Source: an uncultured candidatus Porisulfidus sp.
GTDB lineage: Bacteria > Pseudomonadota > Gammaproteobacteria > Poriferisulfidales > Poriferisulfidaceae
Length of the DNA stretch: 64,000 bases
NCBI GenBank assembly: GCA_965204575.1
Contig: OZ241993.1
Location: 576,001 to 640,000, forward strand
Direction: 5' to 3'
In this document: piece after piece, positions 9,317 to 16,847 of the stretch
Position numbering within the stretch: position 1 is the stretch's first letter
Layout of the letters: the number at the start of each line of letters is the position of its first letter
Position numbers and translations under genes: made by a program
The notes under the pieces: generated by a model
The model's input: only the letters and a program-made list of their open reading frames with translations
The model's database searches: none
What the model was told of the DNA's origin: nothing

Positions 9317-9417
9317 TCGCCGAAGCACTCCAGAAATAATCGACAGGCCCCGTGACGGAGGCCTCGTGCAGCGGGGTTCGAATTTGGGGATTACATAGAT
9401 AACTTGACAAACACAAG

Positions 9418-9537
9418 TCAGACTTCCTTGACATAGGGTTTGCCTTTCTTATCCGTCCGCATCACGAACTTCCATTCAAGGTCTTTCATCGTGGGCGTGG
9501 CGTGAAAATCACAGCCTTTGTTGAATGGTGGGTCAGT
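9418..9537 (-). pseudogene. DNA methyltransferase relic
   Basis: minus strand reads TDPPFNKGCDFHATPT.. (motif IV DPPF) with no start and no motif I. Confidence 0.55.
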
Positions 9538-9607
9538 GCGATAAAAGGCCTATAGAAAATATAGCGTTAATTTTGTTAACTAAAGTAGATGATTCCCAAA
9601 AAAAGGT

Positions 9608-10279
9608 CTATAACATGTATTCTTTCAGGAGATCCGGTAATTGCCCTATTGTCAAAGCATGACTTTTAGGTGCTTGTGATCTCTGATGACTTTGCAGATC
9701 ACGCAGTCTCTTGGCATTGTTTTCTTGATAGTATTCTCCATCCACAATTACAGCTAGCACCAACTTTTCATCCCTGCAATGCAGGAACCGTTTCATCAAT
9801 TCAACCATTTCCTGGTATTGGCTATCCTGGTTTCCTCCCCCTTCCTTGGTGTATTTATGCATGGCATAGAATGTAGCATTCTCGGTTTTCCACCGAAAAT
9901 CCAAACTTTTCCCGGGAAGATTCGGCATCTGCTTGAGTTGTACAACATTGCCATCACTACTTACCTTGAAAGCGTTTTTCCCACTTTTAGGTAGCGTTTT
10001 GAATTTCTCTACCCCAGGCAAGGCCTCAATCCACTTGGCAGCTTCTTTCTCATGTACGCCCATCCGCCTTGGCTCTTTGGCAAAATGGGCCGCGAACATG
10101 GGGTCTTGCTTGATTTTGTCTAACACATCCTCTGTGGGGTACCCAAATCGACTTACAAAAGTATCTACACGCTTAAGTAACCGATCATCTTTCCTATATG
10201 CTTCTTGAACCACCTTCTGATTAAACAATCTCCAATATTGTTCTTCGATTGCGTCATAATCAGGAGGGTCAACCGACAT
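9608..10279 (-). CDS. putative type II restriction endonuclease
   Basis: overlaps upstream MTase stop; KSLDF..HKYTKEGGGNQDSQ PD-(D/E)xK-like core; AT-rich. Confidence 0.6.
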   Translation of the reverse strand: MSVDPPDYDAIEEQYWRLFNQKVVQEAYRKDDRLLKRVDTFVSRFGYPTEDVLDKIKQDPMFAAHFAKEPRRMGVHEKEAAKWIEALPGVEKFKTLPKSGKNAFKVSSDGNVVQLKQMPNLPGKSLDFRWKTENATFYAMHKYTKEGGGNQDSQYQEMVELMKRFLHCRDEKLVLAVIVDGEYYQENNAKRLRDLQSHQRSQAPKSHALTIGQLPDLLKEYML

Positions 10280-11201
10280 GGTGGATAATTCCACGCGCCA
10301 ATGCCCAATCGCACCGCCTACGATATTTCCCGTCCTTCCTGATGCCCTTGTAGCAGGTCATCAGGACATCTTGCGTTTTTCCTCTGATCTCTGCTAGTAA
10401 CCTGTTCCACTCTCGAATTTTTACATCACCAACATTTAACTTCGTTATGTGTCTTCCGGTGGGCTTGACCTCGTAATCAGCCAATTCCCCAACATCGCAG
10501 AATCTTATGGAAGCCTCTTTGGTGTTGTCTAACGCAATCAAACCTACATTCCCGTCAGGATCATTAAATCGGACAGGAACTCCATCCTGCTGAGGTGTTG
10601 GCTTAATCTTTTGGAGGACGGACAACAACCCGACCCGTTTAGTACCAGACCACACTTCTACATCACACACCGAATCGGGAACAAACAATGCCAGCCCGAC
10701 AGGATGTTGTGTCTCGGAAAACATCTTTACTGTAAGAGAGACAAATGACTCTAGTCTGTCTTGAAAGAGGTTGGCCGTGATAAAAGATTCTGGAACCAGC
10801 GCGGCAACATAAGGGCAATTATCGAGACATTTCGCCAAAGCGTATTTATAGAGATCATCATACGGACAATCGGGGAAATCCAGCCCGCGAACTGTTGCAC
10901 TATTCTTGGCCAGCCACGGCGGATTCGTTACGCAAAGGTCGTAGCCTTTGGGAAACCTTTTCAAGGTGTCCCGTTCTTTCACTGCCACCGCACCGGGTGC
11001 TATGTCATATGAATCGGACTGCTGGCACAGCCCCATCTCAGACAACATTTCAATCAGGCTGTTCGATCCAGCGAACGGCTCGAGTATATGAGTATTAGGG
11101 AGGCCCGCACGGGTTGCCCATTCCGAAAAAGGCGGAGCAGAAAATGGGTTCCCGGAAGTGTAGTAGCAACCCATTCCCCGCTTTAGGTCTGGGAGAGTCA
11201 T
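10269..11201 (-). CDS. amino (N6-A/N4-C) DNA methyltransferase
   Basis: motif I ILEPFAGS precedes motif IV TNPPW; ATG 11201 chosen as start. Confidence 0.85.
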   Translation of the reverse strand: MTLPDLKRGMGCYYTSGNPFSAPPFSEWATRAGLPNTHILEPFAGSNSLIEMLSEMGLCQQSDSYDIAPGAVAVKERDTLKRFPKGYDLCVTNPPWLAKNSATVRGLDFPDCPYDDLYKYALAKCLDNCPYVAALVPESFITANLFQDRLESFVSLTVKMFSETQHPVGLALFVPDSVCDVEVWSGTKRVGLLSVLQKIKPTPQQDGVPVRFNDPDGNVGLIALDNTKEASIRFCDVGELADYEVKPTGRHITKLNVGDVKIREWNRLLAEIRGKTQDVLMTCYKGIRKDGKYRRRCDWALARGIIHHVG

Positions 11202-11419
11202 CCTGCAAATGTTAGCATATTTCGGTAGGCTAACTTTGTATATGTGGTATTTTAATATAGAAATGTCAATAATTTCCACTACATACAGTATACTCTCCGC
11301 CACCTTACCAAAGCATTGTTTGCTCTCTGTCAACTAAAGTATGTAATTCCCTCGAATTTGGTGAAATCCCCGCTCTGTGGCATATTACGCGCCTAGCGGG
11401 CTGGCGACGGGTGCTTTTG

Positions 11420-11459
11420 AAAAGCCGCCTGCCCCTATGGCCGCTCCGGCGGCTTTTTT
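11420..11459 (+). terminator. terminator-like hairpin in the sgaA leader
   Basis: AAAAGCCGCC-18 nt-GGCGGCTTTTTT. Confidence 0.55.
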
Positions 11460-11523
11460 GTGACGGCGCGGGTGCTGTGGTGCCCGGCGTTCGTCTTTAT
11501 CCATCAACGAAAAGGACTTTCTT

Positions 11524-12804
11524 ATGCCCGCTGAAAAACTTGTCTTTCCTGGCCGCAACTATCTCTACGCGCCAGGACCCACGCATATCCCGGTCGAGGT
11601 TCAGAACGCCATGGTCGTCCCGATGGAGGATCATCGGGCGCCCGATTTCCCCCAGCTGGTCAAACCCCTCCTGCGCGACCTGAACAAGATCTTCAAGACC
11701 CGCACCGGCAAAAGTTTCATCTTTCCCGCCACCGGCACGGCCGGCTGGGAAGTGGCCCTGACCAACACCCTGTCGCCCGGCGACCGCGTCCTGACTGCCC
11801 GTTTCGGGCAGTTTTCGCATCTGTGGGCGGACCTGGCCGCGCGCATGGGCCTGGATGTGGAACTGGTGCAGGTGAAGTGGGGCGAAGGCGTGCCGCTGAA
11901 GCAGTTCGAGCAGATCCTGAGAAAAGACAAGGAGCATAAGATCAAGGCAGTGCTGGCCTGCCACAACGAGACCGCGACCGGGGTGACCAGCAACATCGCG
12001 GGCCTGCGCCGGGCCATGGACCGGGCCAAGCACCCGGCCATGCTGATGGTCGACGGCGTCAGCTCCATCGCGAGCATCGACTTCCGCATGGACGAATGGA
12101 AGGTCGACGTGGCCGTGTCCGGTTCGCAGAAGGGCTTCATGCTGCCGGCCGGCATGGCGCTGGTGTGCTTCTCGCGCCGCGCACTGACGGCAGCCAAGAC
12201 CGCCAAGTGCAGGCGTTGCTTCCTGGACATCGCCGATCACATCGCGACCAACAAGGACGGATTCTTCCCGTACACCCCCTCGGCACCGATGCTGCGCGGC
12301 CTGCGCGCCTCCATCGACCTGTTGCTCGGGGAAGGCCTGGAGAACGTGTTCCAGCGCCACCACCGGCTGGCCGAAGGCGTGCGCCGGGCCATTGGCGGAT
12401 GGGGCCTGGACCTGTGCGCGGCCGAGCCGAAGTGGTATTCCGACACGGTATCGGCCATCAAGGTCCCGAGAAACGTCAATGCTGCCGAAGTGATCCACAT
12501 CGCCTACCACCGCTACAACATCTCGCTGGGCGCCGGCCTGTCCGAGGTCGCCGGCAAGGTGTTCCGAATCGGCCATCTGGGCGACAACAACGAAGTGCGC
12601 ATGATGGCGGCCCTCGGCGGCGTCGAGATGGCGATGCGCGACGCCGGCATGAAGGTGCGCCCGGGTTCGGGCGTGGCCAAGGCGGTCGAGTACTACTGCG
12701 ACACCGCGAAGGGCAAGAAGAAGATCCCTGCATTCGGTGCCGCCAAAGGCCCCCGCGAGACCGCGGCCAAGAAGAAAGCGGCGCCCAGGCGCAAGAAGAA
12801 GTAA
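11524..12804 (+). CDS. sgaA: serine-glyoxylate aminotransferase
   Basis: PGPT, EDHRAPDF, HNETATG, VDGVSS, SGSQKG (PLP Lys), FPYTP, FRIGHLG. Confidence 0.93.
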   Translation: MPAEKLVFPGRNYLYAPGPTHIPVEVQNAMVVPMEDHRAPDFPQLVKPLLRDLNKIFKTRTGKSFIFPATGTAGWEVALTNTLSPGDRVLTARFGQFSHLWADLAARMGLDVELVQVKWGEGVPLKQFEQILRKDKEHKIKAVLACHNETATGVTSNIAGLRRAMDRAKHPAMLMVDGVSSIASIDFRMDEWKVDVAVSGSQKGFMLPAGMALVCFSRRALTAAKTAKCRRCFLDIADHIATNKDGFFPYTPSAPMLRGLRASIDLLLGEGLENVFQRHHRLAEGVRRAIGGWGLDLCAAEPKWYSDTVSAIKVPRNVNAAEVIHIAYHRYNISLGAGLSEVAGKVFRIGHLGDNNEVRMMAALGGVEMAMRDAGMKVRPGSGVAKAVEYYCDTAKGKKKIPAFGAAKGPRETAAKKKAAPRRKKK

Positions 12805-12814
12805 GAGGTCCTGA

Positions 12815-13756
12815 ATGAGCCACACTCAAGCCACCCCCGCGCCGACCCGCCTGCAGCGCAGCGAACTGGCGGTCCCGGGTTCCAACCCGGCGCTGTTCGA
12901 AAAAGCGCTGAACTCCGAGGTTGACTACGTCTTCCTGGACCTGGAGGACGCGGTCGCGCCGGGCGACAAGGAGCAGGCCCGGATCAATGTCATCCAGGCC
13001 CTGCTTGACCTGGACTGGCGAGGGGCGGGAAAAACCATCTCGGTTCGGATCAACGGACTCGACACTCACTACATGTACCGCGACGTCGTGGACCTGATGG
13101 AACAGGCGGGAGACCGTCTGGACACGATCCTGATTCCGAAAGTCGGAGTGCCGTCGGACGTCTACATGGTTGAGGCGATGGTGAACCAGATCGAACAGGG
13201 GAAAGGCTTCGAGACCCGGGTCGGCCTGGAAGCCCTGATCGAAACGGCTCTCGGCATGGCCAACGTCGAGGCGATCGCCGCCTACGGCGGACGCCTGGAG
13301 GCCCTGCACTTCGGGGTGGCGGACTACGCCGCTTCCAACCGCGCGCGCACGGTCAACATCGGCGGGCTCAATCCCGACTACCCGGGAGACCAGTGGCACT
13401 TCGCCCTGTCCCGCATGACGGTGGCCTGCCGGGCGTACGGCCTGCGGGCGATCGACGGGCCGTTCGGCGACTTCAAGGATCCGGATGGCTACCGCGCGGC
13501 CGCGCGCCGCGCCGCTGCGCTCGGGATCGAGGGCAAGTGGGCGATCCATCCGTCCCAGATCGAACTGGCCAACGAGATCTTCTCTCCGCCGAAGGCGGAA
13601 GTGGACCGGGCCCGGCGGATCCTGAAGGAACTGGAGATTGCGGCGGCGGAAGGCCGGGGCGCGGCTGCCGTCGACGGCAAGATGATCGATGCGGCATCGG
13701 CCCGGATGGCCGAGAATGTGGTGCGTTTGGCGGAAGCAATCGCCGCACGCAGCTGA
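12815..13756 (+). CDS. mcl: malyl-CoA lyase
   Basis: RLQRSELAVPGS, DLEDAVAP, HFGVADYAAS, DGPFGDF, EGKWAIHPSQ. Confidence 0.93.
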   Translation: MSHTQATPAPTRLQRSELAVPGSNPALFEKALNSEVDYVFLDLEDAVAPGDKEQARINVIQALLDLDWRGAGKTISVRINGLDTHYMYRDVVDLMEQAGDRLDTILIPKVGVPSDVYMVEAMVNQIEQGKGFETRVGLEALIETALGMANVEAIAAYGGRLEALHFGVADYAASNRARTVNIGGLNPDYPGDQWHFALSRMTVACRAYGLRAIDGPFGDFKDPDGYRAAARRAAALGIEGKWAIHPSQIELANEIFSPPKAEVDRARRILKELEIAAAEGRGAAAVDGKMIDAASARMAENVVRLAEAIAARS

Positions 13757-13772
13757 AACGAGGACAAACAAC

Positions 13773-14945
13773 ATGCATATACACGAATACCAGGCCAAGG
13801 AAGTCCTGGCCAACTACGGGATTCAGATCCAGCCGGGGACCCTGGTGTACAGCCCCGATCAGGCGGTCGCGGCCTACAACTCCCAGGGATCCGCGGTGTG
13901 CGCGGTCAAGGCGCAGATTCATTCCGGTGCCCGCGGCAAGGCCGGGGGCATCCGCCTGTGCCGGAGCAACGACGAGGTGCGCCGTGCCGCCGACGAGATG
14001 CTCGGCGAGAAGCTGGTGACCCACCAGACCGGTTCGAGCGGCAAGCTGGTGCAGAAACTGTACGTCGAGGCCGGGGTCGACATCGACCGCGAAATCTACC
14101 TCGCGTTCGTGCTGGACCGGGCCAAGCAGCGGCACGTCGCCGTGGCTTCCGCCGAGGGCGGCATGGAGATCGAGCAGCTGGCCCAGGAGAAGCCGGACAG
14201 CATCCTGCGCATCAGCATCGACCCGGCTTCCGGCATGCGCCACTTCCAGGCGCAGGAACTCGCTTTCGGGCTGGGCCTGGGAGCCGATCTGGTCAAGCAG
14301 GCGGTGGCCACGTTCCGCGGCCTGTACAAGGCGATGATCGAACTGGATGCCAGCATGGTCGAGATCAATCCATTGGTGGTGACCCGGGACCGTCGCCTGA
14401 TCGCGCTGGACGCCAAGATGGAATTCGACGACAACGCGCTGTTCCGCCACCGCGAGGTGGCCGAGTTGCGCGACATGTCGCAGGAGGACCCGCGCGAGAC
14501 CGCGGCCTCCGACCACGACCTCAGCTACGTGGGACTGGATGGCGACATCGGCTGCATGATCAACGGGGCCGGGCTGGCCATGGCCACCATGGACATGATC
14601 AAGCTGTCCGGAGGCGAGCCGGCCAACTTCCTCGACATCGGCGGCGGCGCGTCGCCGGAGCGGGTGGCCAAGGCGTTCGAGCTGGTGCTGCAGGACGGCA
14701 ACGTCAAGGCCATGCTGGTCAACATCTTTGCCGGAATCAACCGCTGCGACTGGATCGCCGAAGGCCTGATCAAGGCACTCGGCGTGGTCGATCTCGGCGT
14801 GCCCCTGGTGGTGCGCCTGTCCGGCACCAATGTGGAGGAAGGCACCCAGATGCTGGTCGACAGCGGATTGCCCATCATCATGGCCGACACGCTGGCCGAT
14901 GCCGCCCAGAAGGCGGTGGCGGCCGCACGGGAACAGGGAGAGTGA
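13773..14945 (+). CDS. mtkA: malate thiokinase (malate-CoA ligase) large/beta subunit
   Basis: HEYQAKE, KAQIHSGARGKAGG, GAGLAMATMD, NIFAGINRCD; serine-cycle context. Confidence 0.9.
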   Translation: MHIHEYQAKEVLANYGIQIQPGTLVYSPDQAVAAYNSQGSAVCAVKAQIHSGARGKAGGIRLCRSNDEVRRAADEMLGEKLVTHQTGSSGKLVQKLYVEAGVDIDREIYLAFVLDRAKQRHVAVASAEGGMEIEQLAQEKPDSILRISIDPASGMRHFQAQELAFGLGLGADLVKQAVATFRGLYKAMIELDASMVEINPLVVTRDRRLIALDAKMEFDDNALFRHREVAELRDMSQEDPRETAASDHDLSYVGLDGDIGCMINGAGLAMATMDMIKLSGGEPANFLDIGGGASPERVAKAFELVLQDGNVKAMLVNIFAGINRCDWIAEGLIKALGVVDLGVPLVVRLSGTNVEEGTQMLVDSGLPIIMADTLADAAQKAVAAAREQGE

Positions 14946-14949
14946 CACG

Positions 14950-15837
14950 ATGTCGATTCTGATCAACAAAGACACCAAGATCCTGATCCAGGGCTTCACC
15001 GGCCGGATCGGAACCTTTCATGCCAAGGAGATGCTGGAATACGGCAGCAACGTGGTCGGGGGCGTCACGCCGGGGAAAGGGGGACAGGCGCACCTGAACC
15101 TGCCGGTGTTCAACACCATCAAGGAAGCGGTGGAAGCGACCGGCGCAACGGCCAGCATCGTATTCGTGCCTGCCGCCGCGGCCGCCGACTCGATCATGGA
15201 GGCCGCCGACGGCGGCATCAAGTATTGCGTGGCGATCACCGACGGCATCCCGGCCCAGGACATGATTCGCGTCAAGCGCTTCATGCTGCGCTACCCGAAG
15301 GAGCGCAAGATGATCCTGACCGGGCCCAACTGCGCGGGTTCCATCACGCCGGGCGAAGCGATGCTCGGCATCATGCCGGGCCATATCTACGAGCCGGGCC
15401 GGGTCGGCGTGGTCGGACGTTCCGGCACGTTGGGCTACGAGGCCGCCTCGCAGATGAAGGCCGAAGGCATCGGCATCTCGACCAGCATCGGGATCGGCGG
15501 CGATCCGATCAACGGCAGTTCGCACCGCGACATCCTGGAGTTGTTCGAACAGGACCCCGACACGGACGCGGTCATGATCATCGGCGAGATCGGAGGGCCG
15601 CAGGAAGCCGAAGCGGCGGCATTCGCGCGCGACCACATGAACAAGCCGGTCGCGGCCTACGTGGCCGGGCTGACGGCGCCGAAGGGACGGCGCATGGGCC
15701 ATGCCGGGGCCATCATTTCCGGGAAAGGCGAGAGCGCCTCGGAGAAAGTCGAAATCTTCCAGGAAGCCGGCGTGGCAATCGTGCCGAACCCTTCCGAATT
15801 CGGCACCACCATGAAAGACGTTGTATCAAAGCTCTGA
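14950..15837 (+). CDS. mtkB: malate thiokinase small/alpha subunit (SucD-like)
   Basis: QGFTG, GPNCAG, RSGTLGYEA, RRMGHAGA (phospho-His). Confidence 0.9.
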   Translation: MSILINKDTKILIQGFTGRIGTFHAKEMLEYGSNVVGGVTPGKGGQAHLNLPVFNTIKEAVEATGATASIVFVPAAAAADSIMEAADGGIKYCVAITDGIPAQDMIRVKRFMLRYPKERKMILTGPNCAGSITPGEAMLGIMPGHIYEPGRVGVVGRSGTLGYEAASQMKAEGIGISTSIGIGGDPINGSSHRDILELFEQDPDTDAVMIIGEIGGPQEAEAAAFARDHMNKPVAAYVAGLTAPKGRRMGHAGAIISGKGESASEKVEIFQEAGVAIVPNPSEFGTTMKDVVSKL

Positions 15838-15846
15838 GGAGGCTGC

Positions 15847-16818
15847 ATGTCCAAACCCAAAGTCATTGCCACGCGCCGCTGGCCGGAGCCGGTCGAGGCG
15901 CACCTGTTCGAGCACTACGACTTCACGCTCAACGAGGACGACCACCCGATGGGCGTGGACGAGTTGCACCAGGCTCTGCGCGAGTACGATGCGGTTTGCC
16001 CGACCGTGACGGACCCGATCACCGCCGAGGTGCTCGGCATCGACGGCATCCGCGCGAAAATCCTGGGCAATTTCGGCGTGGGCTTCAACCATATCGACTT
16101 GGACGCGGCCAAGCAGGCCGGCCTCGTGGTGACCAATACGCCGGAAGTTTTAACCGACTGTACCGCCGATATCGCCATGAATCTGTTGCTGACCGCCGCC
16201 CGCCGCACCGGCGAAGGCGAACGGCACCTGCGCGCCGGGGAATGGGCCGGTTGGCGCCCGACCCACATGCTGGCGACCAAGGTCACCGGCAAGACCCTGG
16301 GTTGCGTCGGTTTCGGTCGCATCGCCCAGGCCATGGCCCAGCGCTGCCATCTCGGTTTTGGCATGAAGGTGATCTTCCACGACCCGTACCCGCCGAAGCC
16401 GGAAATCGTGGAAAAATTCCAGGCGACTGCCTGCGATTCGGTCGAGGAAGTGCTGGAGAAGGCGGATTTCGTGTCCCTGCATTGCCCGGGTGGCGAATCG
16501 ACCTATCACCTGATCAACGATGAGCGCCTGGCCCGGATGAAGTCTTCCGCCATACTGGTCAATTCCGCCCGAGGCGACATCATCGACAATCAGGCCCTGA
16601 TCAAGGCGTTGAAGAATGGCACCATCGCGGGGGCCGGGCTCGACGTCTTCGAAGGCGAACCCAAGCTCGACCCGGGATTCCTGGATCTCGAGAATGCGGT
16701 TCTGGTGCCGCACCTCGGAAGCGCGTCGACCGAGACCCGGATCGCCATGGGCATGCGGGTGGTCGAGAACCTGGATATGTTCTTTTCCGACCAGGAGCCG
16801 CGCGACCGCGTCGCCTGA
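15847..16818 (+). CDS. hprA: hydroxypyruvate reductase / D-glycerate dehydrogenase
   Basis: NTPEVL, GFGRIA, VNSARG, GLDVFEGEP, PHLGS. Confidence 0.85.
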   Translation: MSKPKVIATRRWPEPVEAHLFEHYDFTLNEDDHPMGVDELHQALREYDAVCPTVTDPITAEVLGIDGIRAKILGNFGVGFNHIDLDAAKQAGLVVTNTPEVLTDCTADIAMNLLLTAARRTGEGERHLRAGEWAGWRPTHMLATKVTGKTLGCVGFGRIAQAMAQRCHLGFGMKVIFHDPYPPKPEIVEKFQATACDSVEEVLEKADFVSLHCPGGESTYHLINDERLARMKSSAILVNSARGDIIDNQALIKALKNGTIAGAGLDVFEGEPKLDPGFLDLENAVLVPHLGSASTETRIAMGMRVVENLDMFFSDQEPRDRVA

Positions 16819-16847
16819 GCACCCGCTCCGGGATCGGCCCCGCCTGC

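Noticed and set aside
9373-9381. GGGGTTCGA resembling the tRNA-Glu T-arm (possible attR of an island)
   Set aside because: Only 9 nt, does not include the tRNA 3' end, and there is no integrase
11395-11445. ZTP (pfl) or glycine riboswitch upstream of sgaA
   Set aside because: Only partial resemblance (CTGGCG..GCCGCCTG); conserved elements are missing, so it is kept only as an unassigned hairpin
13773-15837. Calling the pair sucCD
   Set aside because: Context between mcl and hprA and the SGARGKAGG / FAGINRCD variants favour malate thiokinase
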